DNA from: Chromera velia
Taxonomy: Eukaryota
Assembly: GCA_018398765.1 (NCBI GenBank)
Contig: JAHBMJ010000024.1
Location: 62,001-126,000 of the forward strand
Length of the DNA stretch: 64,000 nucleotides
Reading direction: 5' to 3'
The notes below the pieces were generated by a model. It had not been told where the DNA came from and made no database searches. It saw only the letters and a list, made by a program, of their open reading frames with translations. This document shows, in pieces, positions 25,456-37,913 of this stretch (positions within the stretch are counted from its first letter, which is position 1; each line of letters opens with the position of its first letter). The position numbers and the translations under genes are program-made.

Positions 25456-26005
25456 GAGGACGAGATGGAGGCCCTCGTCCAACGGGAGGGAGCGAGGACC
25501 TGGGTGCGGACCTCCGACGGTGCGTGGATGGAGCGGGACCAGTTCCAGCTCCTCGGTGATGTGGGAGTTGTCGTCAATGGCAACTCTTGGCGCGTCCCGG
25601 GGAGGGGACGTTGTTGGTGCGTCTGGGTCCCTTCCCTCCAGAGCCGCATGGCGGAGGGCTTCACGGTGGGGGCCTTCCTCAGGAGGATGAAACGCTCCCT
25701 TGACGTGCCCGTCCCCGTCCTGGTCGAGTTGGCGGCGGGGCCTTGTCTTCTTGCTGGCGCGGACGGCAAGATGTGTTCTGTCTGTGGGCGGGTGTCGGCA
25801 TCCATGCAGCGATGCGCCGGGTGCACTGCAGCGATGCGCCGGGTGCCAGTACACCCGTTATTGTTCCCGCAAGTGTCAGAAGCGGGACTGGAGGCGAGAT
25901 CATCGGCGCGTCTGCCCACAAGCCTCCTGGAGTCTGCTTCATCGAGATCGGCTAGCTAGAAGCGAAATACCCACGGATATACAGGAAGAGTTCCTCTGCA
26001 AGTGA
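25456..26005 (+). pseudogene. MYND zinc-finger protein broken by a 22-bp tandem duplication
   Basis: CSVCGRVSASMQRCAGC plus QYTRYCSRKCQKRDWRRDHRRVC is the MYND consensus. TGCAGCGATGCGCCGGGTGC at 25805 and 25827 shifts the frame. Confidence 0.85.
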
Positions 26006-26699
26006 GCGGGTTTCTTTCATTATTGACGCCTCGTCTGCATGCACCAAGCAGAAGCCCGCAGCTATCTAAGTTCAGTGCATTATCGCAACAAATCTGAAGC
26101 TTTGCTGTGCGGTTGTTCTCAGGTCCGTATAACTGGCCTCCAAAGTTTTACGATGTGGACGACGACGATCTCGGCTCCCTCCTTGGCCCCCACTATGGCG
26201 CAGGCCGCGTTAGTGACAGATCGTCTGTTCTCCTCTCCCGTAGATCCGTTTTTTTGTGGACGGGTTTTGGGTCGACTGCGACGAAGACCATTTCGTGTGA
26301 GTCGGAGTGTGTGTGTGTGTGTTTTCTTTTTTTGGACTTGCTACTGTGCACGCTCCCACATAATCTTATACACACAGAAACTATGAATGTCAAATTTCAA
26401 CTTCGATCAAACTTTGAACTTCTTCTTCTCCACCTCGCGTGTCCCACAGAATTCAGTTTCGCGAGAAAAGAACAAGAGAAAAATCTTCTGCTTCTTCCCT
26501 TCTTCTTCTTCGTCAAAAGAACAATGTCCGGTGGTGCTTCTTTCGCTGCCTGCATAAGGACTCAATGCGGGGCTGTCTATCGAGACACGTCAGCCTGTAA
26601 TGGGGGCTGGACTTCTCGCGGGTGCTTCGGGTGCTTCTTCGTCGGCCTCTGCCTCCGCCTCTGCCTCCTCCTTTCTGGTGCATGGGGGGGGGGAGACCG

Positions 26700-26800
26700 C
26701 CATCTCCCAGGTGTGTGGAGAAAATAACTTCTGCCCGCATAACCGGCGAAAATGTCTCTGCTGGGAGTGCGGTGGAAAGATTGTGTGTGAGCACCTGGTC
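26700..26800 (+). CDS. Cys/His repeat zinc-finger fragment (CxHxRxxxxCxECGG type)
   Basis: CGENNFCPHNRRKCLCWECGGKIVCEH. A related motif, CSHNKSDRRFCRECVG, occurs at ~54160-54215. Confidence 0.6.
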
Positions 26801-27613
26801 CACCGAGACCTGGTCCACTCCGGAGCAGATGAAAGAGAGGCTGGATTGCTGGGAGGTAAGTAGCAGCAACTCGCCCCCCCCCCCCCCCATGAGGTGTCAA
26901 TGCACCAGAGGGCACAGATCGATCGAGAGATGTATAGAGACAGGAAGATGTGTTGTCAGCACTAGACTACTCTCTGAGACAGGGTTTGGCGAGATTGTGT
27001 TCATATCACGAGTTTCGGTTCATCAACAATCGAGAATCCAAACCTGAAGGACGCACTCACATGCCAGCATGGGCCTGACCACAAAAACAGCTCCCTGGGG
27101 AAAAGAGTGGAATGACAGAGCACCGTTTGTAATGACAAATCAGACCTACAACCCTTTGCTTGAGCCTGCCTTCGAAGCTGATCTGGGACACGTGACTAGC
27201 AAAAGCAGACTTGGCTACACAAAAAGTAAAGCCCACACAGGGACAGGCAACTGAGGTCTCCTTCCCCTCCCGACTCTCGTAGGGGAGACACAGAGTTTCG
27301 CCAGCGTGCACCTTCCCGCGGTCCTCACTGCCGTCCCCCTCCTCCACAGGATGAACGTGACCCGTCTGAGCCGCGTGTACTACCTCAAGACACCGGTTGT
27401 GAGTCGCCACTCGAGCGAGAGCACCATCGACTTCGAGACCGTGCGGAGGCTGAGTGGGCAGCAGCCGTCGAAGTCAAACGGTCCAGCCGTCGCCTCCGCC
27501 GCCAAGCAGCACGAGAGCAGCGCCGCCGAGAGCGTCACAGACGTCACAACAAGCTCCGGTATCGTCTCCTCACGGAAGCCGAGATCGCTCTCGAGGAACG
27601 CGTCTACCAGGAG

Positions 27614-28072
27614 TTGACCGAGTGGAGGCACTTCGACGACAGCTTCCATGTGACCCCTTGCTGCGGGCACTGGTTTGACTATGACGCGTGCGCGGCCGTC
27701 ACCTGTGACAGACATCAACTGTACTTCTGTCCCATGTGCTTGTGGCACCTCGAGAGGGGCACCCCCTTGAAGGAGCAGAGCAGACAAGTCCACGCACACG
27801 TTCGCAAATGTCCCTTGCACCCCAACAACCGTCGCAAGGGCGTGCAGAGAGACTGGACGGGGCATTCGGGTTCTTCGCTCTTTGTCACAAGAGAGCAGTG
27901 CCGAGAGTCACAGGACTACCGCAAGGGCATCCATTTGATTGGGTGGCTGAAGGCGAAGACAGAGAATCTCCGGGTCCCAGAACCCCTCGTCTACGCCCGC
28001 TTGATCCAGGACCAGGCGGTCGCCGAACGCCTGCATGAGGGAACACAACATGACCCCAGAGCCCCCGCTTAA
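27614..28072 (+). CDS. RBR-type RING2/IBR-like Cys-rich domain fragment
   Basis: TPCCGHWFDYDACAAVTCDRHQLYFCPMCL...HAHVRKCP resembles the C..C..(D)GC.a..C....FC..C Rcat pattern. Confidence 0.55.
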   Translation: MTEWRHFDDSFHVTPCCGHWFDYDACAAVTCDRHQLYFCPMCLWHLERGTPLKEQSRQVHAHVRKCPLHPNNRRKGVQRDWTGHSGSSLFVTREQCRESQDYRKGIHLIGWLKAKTENLRVPEPLVYARLIQDQAVAERLHEGTQHDPRAPA

Positions 28073-28304
28073 TTCCCGAAGCGGAGTCGGGTCAAATTCC
28101 CCCTCCTGTCCTTTCTGCAACAGAGAGCGAGGGGGAGATCAATTCTGACCCCTCCCAGGACTCGATCGACAGACGAAGTCGCCCCGTGTCGACAGACAGT
28201 GCAGGCCGTTCCCCTCCCCCTTCACTACCGTGCTGTTCCAGCACCGAGGGGATGTTCTGTGCCTCCCCCGGCTACTTCTCTCCATGGGATGGGGAGAAAG
28301 GGCC

Positions 28305-28965
28305 TACGCCACCTGACAGGCATGAATGTTTCCGTTAGAGAGAAAGACAGCTCTCTGACAGTCATGCTCGTCCTCGATGAGGAGGGCTCGGGGTTGTTCG
28401 GAAGAGGGACACAGAGCAGCATCGAAAGGAGGGACAAGTATTACAAAGCACAGAACGTACCGCACCACAAGCAGTTCCAGGGGGGCACGAGAATGGCAGA
28501 CAAGGATTATACCGAAATCTACGTGCATCCAATGATCTTTGACAACAAGAGTAGCATCGCTGTAATTCAGCCTGGCCTTCTGTGCGTCCCATTCGAACAC
28601 TCAAAAGACGCAATTCTCCACGACCTGGCTGAGCGTGCCACATACGCCAGCTGGAAAAGAATGGGTGAAGCGTCATAAAACTTCTACAACAAAGTGGTAG
28701 CCGAGACGGCGGCCGAGCGTCTGGACACCGACACAAATTCATTTCCATTCAAACCCATTCAGTATGTGGGGCAATATCTGCATGAAGCAGTCGAGGAAGC
28801 CAGGATGTGCGACGACACGCAGGTCCGTCCTTCATCTGTCTTTCTGTCTTCCTGTCTTTCTTTCTTTCTTTGTTTTTTTCTTTCTTTCCTTTTGTTCTTT
28901 CTTTCTGTCTGTCTTTCTTTCTTTGTTTGTTTCTTTCTTTCTGTGTTTCTTTCTTTCTTTCTTTC

Positions 28966-29028
<63 letters not shown>

Positions 29029-30332
29029 GTTTGTTTCTTTCTTTCTTTGTTTGTTTGTTTGTTGCTTTCTTTCTTTCTTTCTTTCTTCCTTCCTATCTTT
29101 CTTTCTTTCTGTCTTTCTTTCTTTCCTTCCTTCCTTCCTTCCTTTCTTCCTTCTTTGCTCCCTTTCTTCCTTGTTTTCTGTCCTTGTGGTCATCGGGCCT
29201 CTTTGTGTGCTTGTCGCTTTATGAGTGCAGCCGCCCAGGGAAATTCTTCAAACAACTTTACACCCTACGGTCGGGTTTCCTTTTCTCAAGTACGGGGAGA
29301 ACCATGTTCCCCCCCCCCCCCGAGGTTTTTGAAGAATTCTTAATTCATCAAGGGGTGAAAAGGTAGGATCTGATTTACGATGGAGGAGATGGAGGGGATG
29401 GAGAGGATGGAGGGGATGGAGGAGACGGAGGGGATCATGGAGGGGATGGAAACATTCGCGACCTTCTGTCGCCAGAGCAGTACGAGTGGTACATGCAGCG
29501 CTGCTGAATAGAAGACATATTTGTGAGTCTATTTGAGGAGTGCCTGGATGAAGTGCTCAGAGAGAAGGGAAAGGACCTTTTAGGGGCATACCCAGCTGAC
29601 GTGATTCTTTCTTCAGACATGGCGGGCATTGACATTGAGGAAGTAAGAGCTGAGACTTGTCAGCGTACTATGAGATTGATGGACAAACAGTGGGAAGTCA
29701 AGCCCCGAAAATTTAAAGGCCCCCCAAAAACAGACGACGCTTCTGAGCTCCGACCGTCAACCCTTCAAGATCACCTGCGCATGGCCCCCGACAGGTGTGC
29801 AAAGCTTGACAGCTCTCGCGCTCATACTAGACGCTCTGTCATGGGCATTCCCACTCAAGCCGAGAAAAGGAAGGAAAGCGTCGAAACACACAAAAACGCG
29901 TTTCGAATCCCAATCACAAATCCGTACACATGGAAGAGACACCTTACCAACCTCGCAAGTGCATGGGCGGTCTTGCGATGTGTGAAACACGTGTTTTTCG
30001 TTGGCATTGGTTCCGGGGAGAGCATCTTTCTTGATGAAGTAAAGAGAGATTTCTCTGCAGAGCCCATCTTCTCCCTCCAGAACGAACGCGCACAGCGATT
30101 AGTAACCAAGAAGCTCGGATACCAAAACTTTGAGCTCCTTATCAATGCACAAATTGTGCCGACTCAAGGGGACATGTATGGACCTCCCGCTATGACTTAC
30201 GAACTCCGACAGCGACGTCTGCATCCTGTTGTGGAGGCTTTTTTCGCCATTTTCGCGTCGTCGAAGAGGATCGGACGGGAAGGGAGCATCGCCCTCCAGG
30301 TGATGCCCGGAAAGATCTCACAGAAAGACTGA
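28305..30332 (+). pseudogene. Multi-exon hypothetical gene with lesions
   Basis: Consecutive non-repetitive + strand ORFs (159, ~45, ~45 and 269 aa). A (TTTC)n-filled intron is bounded by CAG|GTCCGT (~28823) and TGCAG (~29230). Family unknown. Confidence 0.4.
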
Positions 30333-30729
30333 AGGAGTATGTGAAGGGGGGGGAATGCTGGGAGCCTGCATTTCGGCAGAGAAGGAGGACGAGGAGGACG
30401 ACAGGAAAGAGGCCTTGATTGTTTTCAAGCACCATGCAGCGGTCGGTGTGGGTCTTCAGCAAAAAGACGGAGGATCTTGGTCTTAAGGTGCGGAGGTCCC
30501 TGAATACCCCGGTAAGTCGGGCATTTTACTGATTGATTTGAGGGCATCTACATCCTGTCGCGCTTTTAGCTCATTGGAGTCAATTTTCCAGTGCATGTGG
30601 CCCTGGAAAGCGAAGCAGCGGGCACCGGCAACGAAAGAAAAGAGAGCACTTCTTCATGTAGCACTGAAAGCTTTTCACTGAGGAACGCGCTATTTCAGAC
30701 GGGATTGTAAAACCTGTACAGATCTATGT

Positions 30730-30793
30730 AAATAGGTATATATAGATAGTTAGACAGATATAAGGAAACATATAGAAAGACAGACAGACACGC

Positions 30794-30854
<61 letters not shown>

Positions 30855-30865
30855 TAGCAAGAAAC

Positions 30866-30898
<33 letters not shown>

Positions 30899-30904
30899 CG
30901 CACG

Positions 30905-30940
<36 letters not shown>

Positions 30941-30964
30941 CACACACACACACACACACACAGG

Positions 30965-30998
<34 letters not shown>

Positions 30999-31041
30999 AA
31001 GAAACAGACAGATAGACAGGCAGACGCACGGACACACACGT

Positions 31042-31075
<34 letters not shown>

Positions 31076-31174
31076 GAGGAAAGAGAGAGAGAGAGTGTAA
31101 GAAACAGACAGACAAGCAGACAGGCACACAGACAGACGCACTGGGACACACTGGCACACACACACATACATAGA

Positions 31175-31214
<40 letters not shown>

Positions 31215-31330
31215 AAGAAAGAAAGAAAGAGAAAGGAAGAGAGGGAGAGGGAGAGGGAGAGAGAGAGAAAGACAGACATATGGTTTATTCCCCTGATTCT
31301 CGAGTCAGACTGACAGACAGACAGATGAAT
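30730..31330. repeat. (CA)n/(GA)n/(CAGA)n compound microsatellite
   Basis: Visible arrays, with opposite polarity to most others in the window. Confidence 0.95.
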
Positions 31331-34300
31331 ATAGATAGATGGAAAAGAAAAATAAATGTACATGCAGAGCCTGTATATTAATACATGTGCTCGTTCCATC
31401 GAGGTCCGTGCAGGGAGGAAATTTGGGAAGGGGGGAGATGATGGGGATAAGGCTGTGTGATACGTACAAATTCGTGATCTATGTTCATCTATGTGGGTGT
31501 GCAGACCGCGCAGACCCGGACTACGTCCACCTGGACCCCCCCGCCAAGCCTTTCGCTTGGAAGGAGGTGCTTTTTGGAGCTGCCGTGATCGCATGCATCA
31601 TCGCGATTGCCCTGATGTACATCCGAACCCCCACCACGGCGGTCAGTTAATCAAAATTGTGTCATGCCCATGCATGACAAATTCAATTAATTTCGCATGA
31701 TGGGTGTTATAACGGCTGAATGCCTTCATACGCAGGCCCTTTCACGTCAATACACTCATTTGCTCCTCTTCCGTCTTTCCTCCAGCCGCCGTCTATATAA
31801 CCACGAGGGTCTATCCAGGTGCAGCGAGATGTACTGTGGAAGGCTGACTATATTCCTGATCGCGAGCAGCTTCATGCAAATCCTGCTTCAGCCTTCAGCT
31901 GAAGGCTGCAAAGAAAGTTTAGAGGATCACGAAGTAATCCACCCCCACAACTTCATCCAGCAAACAGCAAAGACTTTTCCGAAAATGGCTGAACCCTTGC
32001 CAGAAGGAGAGGTGCCCCAGAAGGCGGACGACATTTGGGAGTGCCTCCAGAAGGTTCGAAACTCCGATGCTGCAACCCCCGAAAGTAAATGGAAAGAGTT
32101 CATGCGACGCCTAAGACGCGTTGGGGAATTCCGCGGACCTTGCGTAGTCTCCAATGGATGGGAACACAAGCTGCTTGGATGGACAACCAAGCAAAGAAAA
32201 ACGGCGTATACGCAGAAAATCCGCCATGCTTCCCAAAACCCCGAAGACCCCAGTTACGCTGTGACGGGGTCGAACAGACAGCGGAAGGATATCATATTTC
32301 AGAAGGTAGAGCTGTGCAGATCGGTGCGTGACTGTGTTTACCACGTCCTTCTGAAAGTATGCCTAGGTCGTGAGGGAGAGAACCTACCTTCCGGTACATC
32401 TTGGACGAAAGTCGGATCAAAATACACGGTCTCTCTGCCGTGCCAAAATGAATTCGAGGTGCAGGCTTTGATCCGAGCCCATGCAAAGGGCATCTATTCG
32501 TGGTTTCGTGCACACATACTATTGCCAACGCCTACCAGATCGTTGTAACAGCCGATCTGGAGACCGATGAGATGGGCAACGAGAACATCCCGACTGGAGA
32601 GGTGGCTCCGCCGCCCACCCCCTTCCTATAAAGCAAACCTTATTGGGTGATGGCCGTGTCGTTGCCGGTCGTTGCTGGATTGAATGAGTGACGGATTGTT
32701 ATATCTCGGTTCATCTCCGTTCACTTTCCGTTTCATTTTCTTTCCCGGGCCCGTATATCTTCTCTTCCTTCATTCTCCTTCTTCCAATCACGGAGAACGG
32801 TGGTGATAATGACGCGAACAGAGGCGGAAGGAGCCCCGAGCACTATCAGTATATCCAGGCGATAGCTCCGCTCCTGTTTGCTTCCATTTTGCTTTTCGCT
32901 CCTCCGGTCAGCCGCATCGCCCTCCTTCCATTCATCTTCCAATCGGAAAATTTGCTGCTCTGGACACCGTCCGGTCTTGCGCATCCTCACTCCATCGGAT
33001 TCACCAACGTGACCTTCTTCGACTACTGGTGCCGGGAGATGGCCGAAAACCTCGTGGTCATGGTTGCGTGTGGCCAGAGGAACCCATCGAGATCCTCAAC
33101 CTCTTTCTCGCGTTCTTGGGTCCCCATGAAGAAAGCACCGGAACAATCTTCGCCCTGCCGCTATAGGCAAGATGGCTACTTTCTCACGTTTTTTTTTTTT
33201 TTAAGAACGAAGTTTTCAGAGGGGAGGCCTCTGAATTTTTCGTCCTCGGTCTCATAAATATGGATGCATTCATGCTCGTTGTCAGATGCTGCGAAGAATG
33301 CTCTTTTCAATTCGCCTCCGTCGTCTCTGGAGGATTGGTGGCAGGAGGGCGAACAGACCATGGGTTTTGGGATGCATGAAAAGTTGAGAGCCAGAGAGGT
33401 GGCCGCTATGGACCCGACGTACATCACGAATTTTTTGAACAGGAGCAAAGAGATGTACTTCGGGGGCCTTTGCGCCCTGGTCTGGTGGACTCGACGACCG
33501 ATGACAAGCAAAGACCAGGTGGGCCGTCCTCTCCTGCATAAAAAGCAGGAACTGGGAGTTGGGTTCGTTGAGGATGTGCAGCGGAAAATAGAGGCTGCCA
33601 AACAGAAATCTCCTGGGCGTTCCTCCCTGGAGCAGTCTCCCATTTATCGGACTCCCGCAAGATCTGGTGGCCCTTCCCCCTGTGTTCACATTTGTTTTGA
33701 TTCTTCCTTGAAAGAGTCGTAGCCGTGCATGTTTCCTGGGAGGGCCCTCTGGTTGTAGAGAGAGGGGGAAAGGAAGTGCTGTCGAGCGTCTGGTACAGGG
33801 TTTGCGTTCATTAATCGGTGGCGTGTCCGGGGGGGGAGTGGGGGGGAAGTTGGACCACAAATCTCCTGTGCGATGCAGCAGTCTGTCTAGTATCGGATTG
33901 CCGCAAGATCTGGTGGCCCTTCCCCCTGTGCTTTTCATTTGTTTGGATGTTTGCGCGGATGGCCGTCTCTTTGTAGAGACAGCGTGTAGAGAAGTGGGGA
34001 CTATCATGGGGAATATAGGGTCCGCATTGGCTGATCGGAGGGGGGCGGGGGAGACAGTGCCCAGAAAAAAAAGTCACTGCGTTTTTTATTGGTGGGCGCA
34101 TGCAGGCGCAGCGAGATCTATTATGGAAAGCTGACCATGCAGAGGTCACTCCTGATCGCGAGCAGGTTCATGCAAATCCTGCTGGACGCCACCAGGTCGG
34201 ACAAATGCGTCCTCCTCCACTATCCGGGGGTGGTGTCCTACAGTCTCGGCACCCCCAACTTCGAAAAGGATAAAAAAGGATCTCCCATGCACTGTGTCTC

Positions 34301-35194
34301 CCTATCGACCGAAAGTGAGTTGCTATTGGCCTGCACACATCTCTCCTTATTGATAAGACCTCGCTTGCTTCGTCATCGATCTTCGTCTTCCGCTTGTGTA
34401 TCTGTTGCGTGTGCTGCTCGCCACGTTGGCTGACACAGGAAAGCCACAGGATGGTCCAGAGGAAAGCCACAAGTGTGGGCGTGTGATGACCTTGAAAGGG
34501 TTCAACGGAGATGGGGACGGGGAAGCCGAAATGGGTGGCCATGACAAAGATCTGGAGATGGGGTCGGATGCGGACAGTGAGGGGGGCAAGAGAGAAAAGT
34601 CGAAAGAGCTTCTCTTGGTCTTTCCCCTGTCGACCCTCTCATGACTCCCGCCTCCAGAATCCGGACGCTGAGAAAGGCGGGGTATCTGCATCGAACGTCT
34701 TACGCCTTTGTTGCTGAACCCTTTAACGATCGTGCGTACGGCCTTGACAAGACCGACCACTAGCATGTTTTTGATGTGGGAAAGAAGGAAACCGTAGCTG
34801 TGCTCGGCAATAGTGCTCGCACAGTTTTTTTCTGCCATCTCACGAGACTTCAAGGAATTTTCTTTTCTCAGGGGTTCCAAAGGAAAATTGAGGGATCTCG
34901 GTGCCCCCGTCCTCCACATAAACAGAGAGATGCGGCGCTCTGCATGGAGACCCAAGAACTACATCTGGGGCATCCAGGTGTCTCCGGTCGGCAATCACCC
35001 CGACCTCACAAATTCTCGCTCTGCTGCGCGCACTCTCTGCCTCAAGGGACTAACAGCTCTCTCTCCTGTACGTTTTTGAACAAAACTCGCTGTGTTTGCC
35101 CTCTGTCTCACCAATTTGAAGACAGGATGGTCGACACTCGAAGCACCAAACCGGATCCGCCCCTACCGGCAACATGAACCGCCCCTTGTACTGC

Positions 35195-35680
35195 ATGTAG
35201 GTGGGGTGTGTCGTCCATGCGTTTTTTGACGCGGCGTTCAAGTTCAAGGAGTACGCCGCTCGTCTCGGGTACGTCATCAGACTGCTCGGGTCGATTGAGT
35301 TGAAGGACGACGCTCTCGCCCTCTTCCGAAACTGGATTGCGTGGGCGACAAAGCGTGCGGGGCGCAAGGTCGGATCCTCCACTGCAGGGGAGCTCCTTGC
35401 CTTGGAGTTCCTCCTGAAGAAGCTGGGGGAGATCGTGGGCCTTGTCAGGGCTCTGTGGGGGATCAAGGTCGTACGCGTGATCGTGTACACTGACTCTGGT
35501 CCTCTCCATGACCAGTTCAGGTCTGGAAAGGCGCAGACAGATGCGACCATGCAGGGGGTGCTCGAATGGTGCATCCAGGAGATGCGTGCTGTGGGGGCCG
35601 ATCTCCAGTGGATCTCCAGGGGCAGGAATGTGGCGAACGTGATGACGAAGTGTGCGCTCCCTGGTGGGGAGCTGGCTTGA
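35195..35680 (+). mobile_element. Ty1/copia-type RNase H fragment
   Basis: VHAFFDAAF..RLGY..WATKRAGRKVGSSTAGELLAL..VYTDSGPL..WISRGRNVANVMTK, followed by a purine tract at ~35700-35720. Confidence 0.85.
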
Positions 35681-36707
35681 GTTCTGGCGAGGAGCTTCTG
35701 GAGGGGAAGGGAAGGGAGAACGGTGGGCCTTCTTTCCTTTTTGTATCCTTGTTTCTGTCGTCCCTTCTCTCCCTCTGTCGTCCCTTTGCAGGTAGGCGTA
35801 TATGGGTTTTGCTTTTCGACAAGGGGAGGGACCATACAGGGATTTGGGCAGGGAGCAAAAGGAGGTAGATAGGCATGTGGTTCTGTTCTGTCCCTTTTAC
35901 TCCGTCACTCTTTCTATCGTTAATCTGTTCTCCCCAGATAGGCGACTAGATGGGGCGCGTGTTTTCTCCTTTTTTCCTCTTTTGCCAGAATGTCAATGTC
36001 CACGCGTACCTGCCCTGTTGTCGTCCATAGCTGTCATTGTCACTTACATCACAGTGTGCTAAACACATGATTCTGTTCTTTCGCCTCAGCTTACTGTACA
36101 GGCAATTTTCCCTGACGCTGTCTTTCCTTCCTTCCTGTCTCAGGTTTTTCCTCCTTTCAAGCCTCTCTTCACTTTGTGTCTCCCCTCTGCGTTCGACCCG
36201 TGTGCAGTTTCCTTCTGAGGCTGTACTCGACACCTTGCTCTGGAAGACGTTACGCTGTGGGGAGGGGGGGAAAGTCGATCCAAAGCACGTGAGTGCTTTT
36301 ATTATGGAGTTGGGGAGCATTTACAGGATCGCCTATTTCGATGAGATTGTGGAGAGGGCATCTAGAGGAGGAAAGAAATTCTCTCGTTGCACGTTGGTCA
36401 GCCCCTTTCTTCTTTTTTGCTTCCCTTCAGTGTCGTGTCTTTGAGAAGTGAAAAATCCCTCCCTCCCTCCTTTTTTTTCTCCTGCAGAAAGGCTTCATCC
36501 AAATGGTCTTCGCTGACCTGGAGACCGCTTTGCCCACGGATGTTGAGGTGGGAAGCAGGTATACGAGCCCTACGGTGCCCTTTCTTCGTTGAGGGCCCGT
36601 AATAAGCTTTTTCCTTTTGTCCGTTACATGACTTCCGCCACTATCAGGACTGAGGGGAAAGGGAGGAAGAAAGAGGCAGGGCGGAGTTCGAGTGCATGAC
36701 TCGCGCG

Positions 36708-36811
36708 CTCAGAAACAATTCAGGCTCAGGATCAGGGGCCCGCTTCCTCGAGGGCCCCCTCAGAAACAATTCAGGCTCAGGATCAGGGGCCCGCTTCCTC
36801 GAGGGCCCCCT
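36708..36811. repeat. Perfect 51-bp tandem duplication
   Basis: CTCAGAAACAATTCAGGCTCAGGATCAGGGGCCCGCTTCCTCGAGGGCCCC twice (36708 and 36759). Confidence 0.95.
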
Positions 36812-37302
36812 ATACATGAAGTACGTGATCGAAATTGTGGAGTGCACTATCATGGACACCGCTTACTGGTTTGCTATTCTCTCTGTGGGAGGGGCGCGTA
36901 TTGCATATGATTGGAGAAATAGGGCATCCTGTGAACTTTCTTGAGCGTCTTTTGACCCTGGCTAAATATGGCAAGTCAAAGGCGGAGATGACCTATACAC
37001 CAGCCGCGAGCCGGCAAACGAAATGTTCTGGGGGACAAGCGAGGATGAGGAGGACGATGTCAACCGCCCACCTCGAGGGTACGTCGACAGAGATGACTTC
37101 GAGTCCGAAGAGTTCCGAGATTTCGGGACGGTCTGAAGCTTCTTCTGCATGGATCTCGGCACGGACGTAGATACCCTCAAGTCGGAGGGCCTTCCTGCTG
37201 TGATGGCAGCTGCGCCCTTCCGATTTCCCCCATGCAGAAGGGGGCGCTCGAAAGGATTTTGTGGTGGGTGGGTGTTTTGAACGCCTGCTGGCCGAGGGGC
37301 TA

Positions 37303-37691
37303 CCACCTGTTCAGAAATTATTTTTTTTCAGTCACCTTTTATTTTGAAAGTTGTTCAGAAAGGAGGCTATAAAAAAGTCAAATAGTCAGTTGTTGAATGC
37401 CGGGTCTACAAAATACAATTTGCTTAATATAAGGGCTGTGTAACTTTTGACTGACAAAAAACCTAGGAAATAAAATTTTTTTTTTGGTTAAAAAAAGTTC
37501 ATATTTTTTGAAAAACACAAATAAACATAGTGTCTTATGAACATATGAATGTACAATGAATAGAATACTCAAGTAAGCACTCTATGTAAGTCTATAGATT
37601 TAGTATGTATTCATAATGTGTGAGCTTTGTATATGCTATGGTTCAAGAGTGATACTAGGTGAAAGTGTGAAAATAATTTCTGAACAGGTGG
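37303..37691. repeat. Left terminal module (389 bp) with its own 22-bp terminal inverted repeats
   Basis: Same orientation as 40151-40539, with about 7 substitutions by eye. Confidence 0.95.
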
Positions 37692-37913
37692 AGCACTCCA
37701 TATTTTTGAATAGAATTTCGCTTTCCGGGGCCACATTTTTTATACTCAATTTTTGCATGTGACGCAACTGTGCAACTGAGTCATCTGCCTGTACAAAGGT
37801 TGTGTTTGGTACAGAGGTAGTGTTGTCTTCTTTCATGGAATGATGAACACACATAGAGATGGAATGAGGAACACAAGCAAATCAAAGAAAAAGGAAGATT
37901 GACACAAAGGAGA

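Noticed and set aside
27455..27490. Minus-strand FDFDGCC resembling an RBR catalytic motif
   Set aside because: No surrounding zinc ligands in that frame. The convincing Cys pattern is on the plus strand at 27650-27830.
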